34,016 nt of DNA. Origin: a virus. Its lineage: Duplodnaviria; Heunggongvirae; Uroviricota; Caudoviricetes. The notes under the pieces are model-generated. The model saw only the letters and a list, made by a program, of their open reading frames with translations. It did no database searches and was not told the DNA's origin. Positions 8,242-16,091 of this stretch are shown here, piece by piece (positions within the stretch are counted from its first letter, which is position 1; each line of letters starts with the position of its first letter). The position numbers and the translations under genes are program-made. The stretch lies in IMG/VR virus record IMGVR_UViG_2521172734_000003. One strand, 5' to 3'.

Positions 8242-8726
8242 GTGCACCGGCAACCATTCTTGATATGTGCTGTGGCAGCCGCATGTTCTGGTTCGATAAG
8301 AATGACGACCGGGCGATATTTAGCGATATCAGAAAGGAAGAGCACACATTATGTGATGGACGAAGACTGATAATTAGCCCTGACCTGATAGCAGATTTTC
8401 GTGCATTACCATTTGCAGACGCATCGTTTCCGGTTGTTGTATTCGACCCTCCGCATCTTGAGCGTGTTGGTGATAACGCCTGGATGGGAAAGAAATATGG
8501 ACGGCTGAATAAAGATACCTGGCGTGATGATTTGCGGCAGGGATTTAAAGAAGCTTTTCGTGTGTTGTGGCCACATGGCGTTCTGATTTTTAAATGGAAT
8601 GAAACGCAAATATCTGTCCGCCAGATATTGGCACTAACCGACGCGAAACCAATCATCAGCCAGCGCACCGGTAAGAACGATAAAACACATTGGATTATTT
8701 TTGTGAAGGAGGCGACCAGTGGGTAA
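8238..8726 (+). CDS. Small SAM-dependent methyltransferase-like protein (162 aa) with DPPH variant of motif IV
   Basis: Motif I-like LDMCCGSRMF and VVFDPPHL (DPPY-like) motif; GTG start 7 nt after a GGAGG SD; translationally coupled to flanking genes. Confidence 0.6.
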   Translation: MSAPATILDMCCGSRMFWFDKNDDRAIFSDIRKEEHTLCDGRRLIISPDLIADFRALPFADASFPVVVFDPPHLERVGDNAWMGKKYGRLNKDTWRDDLRQGFKEAFRVLWPHGVLIFKWNETQISVRQILALTDAKPIISQRTGKNDKTHWIIFVKEATSG

Positions 8727-8973
8727 ATCAAAATGCCAGGTTTATGGCAACAAGATAGAACCGTGTACGACCCTGGCAAAATCCCTTGAGCATGATGCTG
8801 AATACACGACGCGAAAAGGTCTGCTGATATACAAAATCTGGAATGAGAGTTTAACTCGCGGACCTGATTTGGTGATGTTGCGTTCCGGTGAATTTTCTAA
8901 ATTACCAGTTCGGGTTTCATTTTGCCCGTTCTGTGGTGAAAGTCTGAAAACGTGGGAGAACAGAAATGAATGA
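8719..8973 (+). CDS. Small Cys4 zinc-ribbon protein (84 aa)
   Basis: C-x10-C ... C-x2-C (CQVYGNKIEPC ... CPFC); overlapping starts/stops with neighbours. Confidence 0.5.
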   Translation: MGKSKCQVYGNKIEPCTTLAKSLEHDAEYTTRKGLLIYKIWNESLTRGPDLVMLRSGEFSKLPVRVSFCPFCGESLKTWENRNE

Positions 8974-9271
8974 AATTAAAGAAATACCAGTAGTACGTGA
9001 TGAATATGGCTGCTGGACGCATCCTGAATATGAAAAATTCTGTGATGGTAGAGAATATATTTCAACGGAAGAGTTTAACGCATGGATGGAGGAAAATAAT
9101 CTTCAATGGACCATCAGAACTATGGATGAAGATGATTTTAATCTGGACGCAGATGGTCCCGATATTGCCTCCTGGAAACCGGAGCGCCCGGAAGGTGAAG
9201 GCTGGTTCATTGGTTCCATTCATGACACTGAAGATGGTCCTGTTTGTGTATGGCTGAGAAATAAGGCTTAA
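8966..9271 (+). CDS. Hypothetical acidic protein (101 aa)
   Basis: ORF with overlapping start; no recognised motif. Confidence 0.5.
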   Translation: MNEIKEIPVVRDEYGCWTHPEYEKFCDGREYISTEEFNAWMEENNLQWTIRTMDEDDFNLDADGPDIASWKPERPEGEGWFIGSIHDTEDGPVCVWLRNKA

Positions 9272-9625
9272 GCATAAAGGCGATAAACCACCTGACAACA
9301 AAACACTGAAAATTTAAATCAGAAGTGATTTTTATTAAATCCTTAACCAGGAGGGATTTCTGTACCCTCAGAACATCAGGAGGCCGCCCGGAAGGGCGGT
9401 AATGAATGGTCACATTATTCAGAAAAAAATATCCGCGAAAGAGTAGAACAACAGAATTCCTGTTTCTCATTCTGTTTGTCGTGTTGATGATACCGATATC
9501 CCCGTTAATCCTAGTCTGGATAATCGGAAAAATAATTGAGCCAGTTATTGAATTGTATAACGACGTGGTATGGGCGTCATTCAACACACTGCACAATAAA
9601 ATTAATCCGTATAAGGAAAACTGAT

Positions 9626-9889
9626 ATGGCAACTTTGACAAAAAAAGAACGGGCATGGTTGAACGAATTACAGGAAATTCTTGATCGCTGTCCATCACCG
9701 AAAAAAATTGGCTTTTACACCATTGGCGATAAAAGCATTTACCTGTATGACCTACGCCGCATGGATGAAATCATGGAGGCTCTTGATAATCGTTCGTCGA
9801 TGGATTGGTGTGTTGCTGTTCATGATATGAATGCAGGGTTTGATGAAAAGATTTTGTTCCCCTCATCAGTTGAAAGCACTGCGGGTTAA
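9626..9889 (+). CDS. Hypothetical protein (87 aa; internal Met start MATLTKKERAWLNEL)
   Basis: AAGGAAAA SD 5 nt upstream of ATG 9626; the longer 117-aa reading extends into an AT-rich gap and is less likely. Confidence 0.5.
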   Translation: MATLTKKERAWLNELQEILDRCPSPKKIGFYTIGDKSIYLYDLRRMDEIMEALDNRSSMDWCVAVHDMNAGFDEKILFPSSVESTAG

Positions 9890-9899
9890 GGAGTAACAC

Positions 9900-10802
9900 A
9901 TGACCACTATTACCAAAGAACGTATTGAATTGTTCATTAAAAATCCGCTTGAAAACGGGCTTACCCGTGGTGAACAAATGGAACTGGCACGGATTGCGCT
10001 GGCATCGCTGGAAGCAGATCCAGTTAAACGAGTTAACTCAGATCAGATGCGCCGAGTCTGCTTAGAAGCTAATCGCCATTTAGATAAATATGACGCGATG
10101 GCGAAAGAGGTAAATAAGTTGCTTGGACGCATCGCCCCGCCAGCGCCGGTAGTGCCGGAAGAAGCAACTCCGGAAAACGTAGAAATGCTCTCTGGCTATG
10201 TTTCCACGTACAAATTAACCGATAGCGAGCGCGATATTGCTGCCGAAATATGGAACGCCTGCCGCACCGCCATGCTTCAGTCCGGAAACTTTCGGGAAAG
10301 CAAGAATTCGTCAACCAATAATTTTCGGGAAATCCCGGAAGCGTCAACCAGCTCTCCGGTAACTCCGGCTCTTCTGCCTGGTGGTTTCACCATTGAGGAG
10401 GCGAAGGAATTACATGAAGACCTGGTACGCAGCCACATAAGCAAGGCCTTAAGTGGCGAAAAGATGAAAAAGAAAGATCGCGATGCTGATTTGCGCTGGA
10501 TTCATGGCGTTATAGTTCAGGCAGCGTGGTTTGTAAAAGCATCACTGGAGCAGAATGCACTATCGGGCAACTATCCGGTAACTCCGGATAGTTGGATAAG
10601 CTGTAGTGAGCGAATGCCGGATACCAAAACAGCCGTTCTTGTTGCCAGGGAGTTTGACAGGAAAGGTGACTGGCGAATGAAATGGGCGACTTACATCCCG
10701 GGTCATCCTGACGCTAATGATGGGTGGATAATACCTGGTGCGTCGTGGATACCATCACACTGGATGCCTCTACCAGAACCGCCGCAGGAGGTGCGCCAAT
10801 GA
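9900..10802 (+). CDS. Phage protein with C-terminal DUF551-like Trp/Pro-rich domain (300 aa)
   Basis: C-terminal WISCSERMPDTKTAVLV...GWIIPGASWIPSHWMPLPEPP resembles DUF551 as I recall it; good SD (AAGGAG). Confidence 0.55.
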   Translation: MTTITKERIELFIKNPLENGLTRGEQMELARIALASLEADPVKRVNSDQMRRVCLEANRHLDKYDAMAKEVNKLLGRIAPPAPVVPEEATPENVEMLSGYVSTYKLTDSERDIAAEIWNACRTAMLQSGNFRESKNSSTNNFREIPEASTSSPVTPALLPGGFTIEEAKELHEDLVRSHISKALSGEKMKKKDRDADLRWIHGVIVQAAWFVKASLEQNALSGNYPVTPDSWISCSERMPDTKTAVLVAREFDRKGDWRMKWATYIPGHPDANDGWIIPGASWIPSHWMPLPEPPQEVRQ

Positions 10803-10882
10803 ACTGGCCTGAAGCATTTGCAATTACAGGCGTTGCTATGGCTATAGCTTTTTTAGTATATGTTATTTGTCGGTGGGGGTAA
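10799..10882 (+). CDS. Small hydrophobic peptide (27 aa) MNWPEAFAITGVAMAIAFLVYVICRWG
   Basis: Not in ORF track; ATG overlaps the upstream stop (ATGA); single predicted TM helix. Could be non-coding. Confidence 0.35.
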   Translation: MNWPEAFAITGVAMAIAFLVYVICRWG

Positions 10883-10917
10883 AAACGTTCGCCGGGATTA
10901 ACACCAAAGGAGGGAAT

Positions 10918-11022
10918 ATGTCGGATGATATATCACTGGCAATGGAAGGTGCGCTGGCTGTTGTTGCTGTTGTGGGCGTTTACTGCCTGGTTGTGTTTTT
11001 GATGGATCGACTAGGGAACTGA
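10918..11022 (+). CDS. Small hydrophobic peptide (34 aa) MSDDISLAMEGALAVVAVVGVYCLVVFLMDRLGN
   Basis: Not in ORF track; AAGGAGGG Shine-Dalgarno 6 nt upstream of ATG; single TM helix; followed by a 22-bp perfect palindrome. Confidence 0.45.
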   Translation: MSDDISLAMEGALAVVAVVGVYCLVVFLMDRLGN

Positions 11023-11268
11023 ATTCATTACGATATGGGAATTCCCATATCGGGTAAAAACGGTTTGCGGTAAAGCGAGAGTTAAGTAGAATTGCAGCGG
11101 GTGCTTGAGGCTATCTGTCTCAGGCATGAACACCAAAAGGCAGATAGAGAAAAGCCCCAGTTAACATTACGCGTCCTGCAAGACGCTTAACATTAATCTG
11201 AGGCCCAATCTATGTCTCACAAATGTAGGTTAGCCTCTTACGTGCCGAAAGGCAAGGAGAAGCAGGCT

Positions 11269-11424
11269 ATGAAGCAGCAAAAGGCGATGTTAATCGCCCT
11301 GATCGTCATCTGTTTAACCGTCATAGTGACGGCACTGGTAACGAGGAAAGACCTCTGCGAGGTACGAATCCGAACCGGCCAGACGGAGGTCGCTGTCTTC
11401 ACAGCTTACGAACCTGAGGAGTAA
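11269..11424 (+). CDS. hok: Hok/Gef-family type I toxin (51 aa, HokD/RelF-like)
   Basis: MKQQKAMLIALIVICLTVIVTALVTRKDLCEVRIRTGQTEVAVFTAYEPEE from the internal Met of the 70-aa ORF; matches recalled HokD; the in-frame upstream extension is probably leader/mok-like, not Hok. Confidence 0.85.
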   Translation: MKQQKAMLIALIVICLTVIVTALVTRKDLCEVRIRTGQTEVAVFTAYEPEE

Positions 11425-11491
11425 GAGACCAGGCGGGGGAGAATCCCTCGCCACCTCTGATGTGTCAGGCATCCTCAACGCACCCGCACTT

Positions 11492-11517
11492 AACCCGCTT
11501 CGGCGGGTTTTGTTTTT
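11492..11517 (+). terminator. Rho-independent terminator downstream of hok
   Basis: AACCCGC-TTCG-GCGGGTT perfect 7-bp stem followed by TTGTTTTT. Confidence 0.7.
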
Positions 11518-11589
11518 CCTGGCATTCTGGTTTACAATTCGCACACCAGCCTGAACAACTGGCACCTGCTGCGCCAGCAGAGACAACCG

Positions 11590-11868
11590 ATGGCGCACGA
11601 TACCAAATTACACAATTCTGATGATTCTGCCGTCTTTGCCAGCAGGCACGGGCGGCGTTCCCGCGCTTTCAAATCTGACTGGTTCCAGCATCCCCCATGC
11701 ACTGAAGAACAGGCCGAGTGGCTAATTCAGTGCTACCGCAGACACGGATACGAGATTAAGAAAGCCCTCAGCCTCGATTATCGTCACTGGATAATCTCCG
11801 TCAGGCTTCCTTACTCCGAACGACCACCGCGTCCGTCCCGCACATTCCAGCAACGCATCTGGAGGTAA
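11590..11868 (+). CDS. Hypothetical protein (92 aa), in the position of Qin rem
   Basis: ORF between hok and the DUF968 gene, as rem is in Qin; identity not verified. Confidence 0.45.
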   Translation: MAHDTKLHNSDDSAVFASRHGRRSRAFKSDWFQHPPCTEEQAEWLIQCYRRHGYEIKKALSLDYRHWIISVRLPYSERPPRPSRTFQQRIWR

Positions 11869-11869
11869 C

Positions 11870-12928
11870 GTGCGGGTATTACTTCGACCTGTTCTGGTAC
11901 CGGAACTCGGGCTGGTGATCGTTAAGCCGGGCCGTGAATCCATGCCGGTATTCCACAATACCCGGGTACTGGTGGAGCCGGAACCGAAAAGCATGCGTAA
12001 TCTGCCGTCCGGGGTCGTTCCTGCCGCTCGCCAGCCGCTGGTGGAAGACAAAACATTGCTGCCGTTTTTCAGTAACGCACGGGTGATTCGTGCTGCTGGT
12101 GGTGCTGGTGCATTGTCTGACTGGTTACTGCGCCATGTTAAATCCTGCCAGTGGCCACACGGCGATTATCACCACAGTGAAACCGTCATTCACCGTTATG
12201 GTACCGGCGCAATGGTGTTGTGCTGGCACTGCGACAACCAGCTGCGTGACCAGACATCCGAATCACTCGGGCAACTTGCTCATCAAAACCTGTCAGCATG
12301 GATGATTGACGTCATCGGTCACGCAATAAGCGGTACGCAGGAGCGTGAATTATCTCTGGCTGAATTATCCTGGTGGGCGGTCCGCAATCAGGTGGCGGAC
12401 GCGCTACCGGAAGCGGTATTACGTCGTTCGCTGGGGTTGCGTGCGGAAAAAATTCGCTCTGTGTACAGTGAAAGCGACATCATACCGGGAGAGCAGACCG
12501 CCACCAGCATACTGAAACAGCGCACAAAAAATCTTGCGCCGCTGCCTCACGCCCACCAGCAACAGAACCCACCACAGGAAAAGACGGTGGTCAGCATTGC
12601 CGTTGATCCCGAGTCACCGGCTCAGTATCTCCAGCGCCAGAAATCACAACGGGAAGAGATGCCTGTATACACGCGCTGGGTAAAAACGCAGAAATGCATG
12701 ACGTGTGGCAATCAGGCAGATGATCCGCATCACATCATTGGTCATGGACTGGGAGGGATGGGAACAAAGGCTGATGATTTGTTTGTTATTCCGCTGTGCC
12801 GTAAATGCCATAGCGAACTACACGCCGGGGTAAAAGATTTTGAAGAAAAACACGGCAGCCAGCTGTTGTTGCTGATTCGTTTTTTAATGCACGCGAGAAA
12901 TTCGGGTGTTCTGAAGTGGAAAGCATAA
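11870..12928 (+). CDS. DUF968-family protein with C-terminal HNH-like Cys/His cluster (YdfU-like)
   Basis: C-terminal CMTCGNQADDPHHIIGHGLGGMGTKADDLFVIPLCRKCHSELH; size and position match Qin ydfU. Confidence 0.65.
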   Translation: MRVLLRPVLVPELGLVIVKPGRESMPVFHNTRVLVEPEPKSMRNLPSGVVPAARQPLVEDKTLLPFFSNARVIRAAGGAGALSDWLLRHVKSCQWPHGDYHHSETVIHRYGTGAMVLCWHCDNQLRDQTSESLGQLAHQNLSAWMIDVIGHAISGTQERELSLAELSWWAVRNQVADALPEAVLRRSLGLRAEKIRSVYSESDIIPGEQTATSILKQRTKNLAPLPHAHQQQNPPQEKTVVSIAVDPESPAQYLQRQKSQREEMPVYTRWVKTQKCMTCGNQADDPHHIIGHGLGGMGTKADDLFVIPLCRKCHSELHAGVKDFEEKHGSQLLLLIRFLMHARNSGVLKWKA

Positions 12929-13309
12929 ATGACTGAACGCATAGAATTTGTTTTGCCTTACCCGCCAACGGTGAACACTTACTGGCGTCGTCGTGGAAGC
13001 ACATATTTTGTATCAAAAGCCGGGGAGCGTTATCGCCGGGCAGTGGCGCTTATTGTTCGCCAGCAGCGGCTGAAATTAAGCCTGTCCGGAAGGTTGGCAA
13101 TAAAAATTATTGCAGAACCACCGGATAAGCGCCGCCGTGACCTGGACAATATCCTGAAAGCACCGCTGGATGCGCTGACGCATGCGGGAGTGTTAATGGA
13201 CGATGAGCAGTTTGATGAAATCAATATCGTTCGTGGTCAGCCAGTATCTGGTGGACGTCTGGGGGTGAAGATTTACCCCATAATGCATGAAGAGCAGGTC
13301 AAAAAATGA
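12929..13309 (+). CDS. rusA: Holliday-junction resolvase RusA
   Basis: 126 aa; PYPPTVNTYWRRRG...PDKRRRDLDNILKAPLDALTHAGVLMDDEQ resembles recalled RusA (PWPPSNNRYYR...[30 protein letters not shown]). Confidence 0.85.
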   Translation: MTERIEFVLPYPPTVNTYWRRRGSTYFVSKAGERYRRAVALIVRQQRLKLSLSGRLAIKIIAEPPDKRRRDLDNILKAPLDALTHAGVLMDDEQFDEINIVRGQPVSGGRLGVKIYPIMHEEQVKK

Positions 13310-14127
13310 AACTGGAAGATTTACCGAAATACTACTCCCCAAAATCCCCTGGTCTGACCGATGCATCGGCCTCAACGTCAAAAGATGCGCTGAGTATCAC
13401 TGATGTGATGGCCGCGCAGGGCATGACACAGAATCGGGCTGAGATGGGTTTTTCTGCGTTCCTGGGGAAAATGGGCATCAGTATGAATGACAGGGCGCGG
13501 GCAACAGAATTACTGGCAGATTATGCACTCAGTCGGTGCGATCGTGTGGCGGCGTTGAGAAAACTTCCGGCAGAAATAAAACCGGTAGTGATGCGCATTA
13601 TGGCTTCGTACGCTTTTGAGGATTATGCCCGCAGCGCAGCGAGTAAAAAGCAGTGCCCCTGTTGCCGAGGGGAAAAATTTATTGAAGGCGAAGTTTTTAC
13701 AAACAAGGTTCAGTATCCGGATGGCAAGCCGCCAGTATGGGCAAAGTGTACGAAAGGTGTGTATCCGTCTTACTGGGAAGAATGGAAAAAAATTCGGGAG
13801 GTGGTGAAAGTTTCTTGTCCTGAATGTAAAGGGAAGGGGGAGATTTCCACTGCCTGTAAAGACTGCCGTGGGCGTGGTGTTGCCATTCATCGTGAAGAGT
13901 CGGTAAAACGTGGTATGCCTGTTATCAGAGACTGCCAGCGTTGTGGTGGTCGTGGCTGTGAAAGACTACCATCAACGGAGGCATTTAATGCCATACGCAA
14001 AGTGACGAGTGCTATCACGCTTGATACGTGGAAAAAATCAGTGAAACGCTTTTACGATACGTTGGTGGTTCGGTTTGACATTGAAGAGGCATGGGCGGAG
14101 CGGCAGTTAAAGAGGGTAACGCGATAG
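13306..14127 (+). CDS. Late-gene antiterminator Q-like protein with four CxxC zinc-binding pairs
   Basis: 273 aa; CPCC, CPEC, CKDC, CQRC clusters; immediately upstream of a lambda-PR'-like promoter. Confidence 0.7.
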   Translation: MKLEDLPKYYSPKSPGLTDASASTSKDALSITDVMAAQGMTQNRAEMGFSAFLGKMGISMNDRARATELLADYALSRCDRVAALRKLPAEIKPVVMRIMASYAFEDYARSAASKKQCPCCRGEKFIEGEVFTNKVQYPDGKPPVWAKCTKGVYPSYWEEWKKIREVVKVSCPECKGKGEISTACKDCRGRGVAIHREESVKRGMPVIRDCQRCGGRGCERLPSTEAFNAIRKVTSAITLDTWKKSVKRFYDTLVVRFDIEEAWAERQLKRVTR

Positions 14128-14132
14128 TGTTG

Positions 14133-14160
14133 TTGATTTTTCCCGAATCTGTGGTAAATT
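14133..14160 (+). promoter_or_regulatory. Late promoter PR'-like (-35 TTGATT, -10 TAAATT with TG extension) with downstream qut/pause region
   Basis: GGTAAATTTGCTCTAACGATGGGCG closely resembles lambda PR' as I recall it (GGTAAATTTGACTCAACGATGGG). Confidence 0.65.
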
Positions 14161-14209
14161 TGCTCTAACGATGGGCGTTTTATGCCTGACGTTAGAAGAT
14201 TTTTTACAC

Positions 14210-14231
14210 CCCGCCGCCTGGCGGGTTTTTT
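14210..14231 (+). terminator. Rho-independent terminator (tR'-like) downstream of PR'
   Basis: CCCGCC-GCCT-GGCGGG followed by TTTTTT. Confidence 0.7.
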
Positions 14232-14353
14232 ATGACTGAAATCGCGTCAGTACAGTAAACGCGCTGGTGGCGGTGAATACCTGTCTTTCAGCTTGCTGGC
14301 TTTTTCGACAAGAGTTATTGGTGTGTCACGTTAACCGGAAAAGGGAAAAAGAC

Positions 14354-14710
14354 ATGCTAAAACAGCAGGATATGACAGAAACCGCCAGAGTGGTGTTTAA
14401 TGAATTAAGCGTTTTCCGAACCGGCGACAGTCGGGGAGATAGCGCAGAATACTTACCTTTCACGCGAACGCTGCCAGTTAATACTGACCCAGCTGGTTAT
14501 GGCGGGTCTGGCAGACTATCAGTTCGGTTGTTACAGACGCCTTCCGCAGTGAAGGCTTTTTTATTTGTGGTAAATGGGCGGCTGGTGGGTGTTAGGGGCA
14601 CCCACCAGCCATCTGCTCATGCGTTGGGTTCACAAGCAAACCTCAGGCCCACTGCTTTGCGCAAAAGCAGAATGAGCCTATCAGAGACAGGCTTAATGAT
14701 CCATGCTTAA
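14354..14710 (+). CDS. Doubtful hypothetical ORF (118 aa) upstream of the methyltransferase
   Basis: AAGGGA SD and stop overlapping the MTase start argue for coding; an internal terminator-like hairpin (14539-14566) and a 10-bp stem-loop (14584-14612) argue against. Confidence 0.3.
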   Translation: MLKQQDMTETARVVFNELSVFRTGDSRGDSAEYLPFTRTLPVNTDPAGYGGSGRLSVRLLQTPSAVKAFLFVVNGRLVGVRGTHQPSAHALGSQANLRPTALRKSRMSLSETGLMIHA

Positions 14711-15752
14711 TACTGTAAAAATATCCAGTTGTGAGTTAATCAACGCCGACTGCCTGGAATTTATCCGGTCGTTACCCGAAAATTCTGTTGACCTGATAGT
14801 CACGGACCCGCCGTACTTTAAAGTGAAGCCTGAGGGCTGGGATAACCAGTGGAAGGGCGACGATGATTACCTGAAGTGGCTGGACCAGTGTCTGGCGCAG
14901 TTCTGGCGGGTGCTGAAACCTGCCGGAAGTCTTTACCTGTTCTGTGGTCATCGCCTGGCATCTGATATCGAAATCATGATGCGTGAACGCTTCAGTGTGC
15001 TGAACCATATTATCTGGGCGAAGCCGTCCGGACGCTGGAACGGATGCAACAAGGAAAGCCTGCGGGCGTATTTCCCCGCCACAGAGCGCATTCTGTTCGC
15101 GGAACATTATCAGGGGCCGTATCGTCCGAAAGATGCCGGGTATGCGGCGAAGGGCAGTGCACTGAAACAGCATGTGATGGCCCCGCTGATTTCTTACTTT
15201 CGTGATGCGCGCGCGGCCCTGGGGATAACGGCAAAACAGATTGCAGATGCCACAGGAAAGAAAAACATGGTGTCGCACTGGTTCAGTGCCAGTCAGTGGC
15301 AGCTACCGAACGAAAGCGATTATCTGAAATTACAGTCGCTGTTTGCCCGGGTGGCAGAAGAGAAACATCAGCGCGGTGAACTGGAAAAGCCCCACCACCA
15401 GCTGGTGGATACGTATACGTCACTGAACCGGCAGTATGTGGAGCTGCAGAGTGAATATAAGCATCTGCGGCGGTATTTTGGTGTGACGGCGCAGGTGCCG
15501 TACACGGATGTGTGGACACATAAACCGGTGCAGTTCTATCCCGGGAAACATCCGTGCGAAAAACCGGCAGAAATGCTGCAGCAGATAATCAGCGCAAGCA
15601 GTCGTCCGGGTGACCTGGTTGCAGATTTTTTTATGGGCTCAGGTTCAACGGTAAAAGCTGCACTGGCGCTCGGGCGTCGTGCGATTGGCGTTGAACTGGA
15701 GACCGGACGTTTTGAGCAGACAGTCAGGGAAGTTCAGGATTTAATCGTTTGA
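14703..15752 (+). CDS. DNA N6-adenine (N4/N6 class) methyltransferase, orphan
   Basis: 349 aa; motif IV DPPY (VTDPPYF) near N-terminus and motif I-like FMGSGST near C-terminus; no adjacent restriction endonuclease gene. Confidence 0.8.
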   Translation: MLNTVKISSCELINADCLEFIRSLPENSVDLIVTDPPYFKVKPEGWDNQWKGDDDYLKWLDQCLAQFWRVLKPAGSLYLFCGHRLASDIEIMMRERFSVLNHIIWAKPSGRWNGCNKESLRAYFPATERILFAEHYQGPYRPKDAGYAAKGSALKQHVMAPLISYFRDARAALGITAKQIADATGKKNMVSHWFSASQWQLPNESDYLKLQSLFARVAEEKHQRGELEKPHHQLVDTYTSLNRQYVELQSEYKHLRRYFGVTAQVPYTDVWTHKPVQFYPGKHPCEKPAEMLQQIISASSRPGDLVADFFMGSGSTVKAALALGRRAIGVELETGRFEQTVREVQDLIV

Positions 15753-15801
15753 AACGGATGAGATTGCAGAATTAATTACGCACCATTATTATTCTGCTTC
15801 C

Positions 15802-15877
15802 GGCCCTTTAGCTCAGTGGTGAGAGCGAGCGACTCATAATCGCCAGGTCGCTGGTTCAAATCCAGCAAGGGCCACCA
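15802..15877 (+). tRNA. tRNA, anticodon CAT (Ile2/lysidine-type, ileZ-like; Met not excluded)
   Basis: Hand-folded cloverleaf: acceptor GGCCCTT/AAGGGCC, D-arm GCTC-AGTGGTGA-GAGC, anticodon loop CTCATAA, T-arm GCTGG-TTCAAAT-CCAGC, 3' CCA encoded. Confidence 0.8.
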
Positions 15878-15884
15878 TCACATA

Positions 15885-15961
15885 CCGCCATTAGCTCATC
15901 AGGAAAGAGCGCCAGCCTTCGAAGCTGGCTGCGCGGGGTTCAAGTCCCCGATGGCGGTCCA
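15885..15961 (+). tRNA. tRNA-Arg, anticodon TCG (argN-like)
   Basis: Acceptor CCGCCAT/ATGGCGG, anticodon stem CCAGC/GCTGG with loop CTTCGAA, T-arm CGGGG-TTCAAGT-CCCCG, CCA encoded. Confidence 0.75.
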
Positions 15962-15974
15962 TTATCTGCATCAT

Positions 15975-16051
15975 GCGTTGTTAGCTCAGCCGGACAGAGC
16001 AATTGCCTTCTAAGCAATCGGTCACTGGTTCGAATCCAGTACAACGCGCCA
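15975..16051 (+). tRNA. tRNA-Arg, anticodon TCT (argO/argU-like)
   Basis: Acceptor GCGTTGT/ACAACGC, D-arm GCTCAGCCGGACAGAGC, anticodon loop CTTCTAA, T-arm CTGG-TTCGAAT-CCAG, CCA encoded; closely resembles recalled argU. Confidence 0.85.
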
Positions 16052-16065
16052 CACTTATTTTCCCT

Positions 16066-16091
16066 GGCTCGCTTTTGCGGGCCTTTTTTTT
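16066..16091 (+). terminator. Rho-independent terminator after the tRNA cluster
   Basis: GGCTCGC-TTTT-GCGGGCC (one mismatch) followed by TTTTTTTT. Confidence 0.6.

Noticed and set aside
9207-9698. 163-aa minus-strand ORF
   Set aside because: Antisense to plus-strand genes on both sides, spans the AT-rich gap, low-complexity Ile/Asn/Phe-rich translation typical of AT-rich non-coding DNA; no SD.
11212-11268. In-frame 19-codon extension upstream of hok (MSHKCRLASYVPKGKEKQA)
   Set aside because: Hok-family toxins are about 50 aa and begin MKQ...; the extension is more likely leader/mok-region sequence than part of the toxin.
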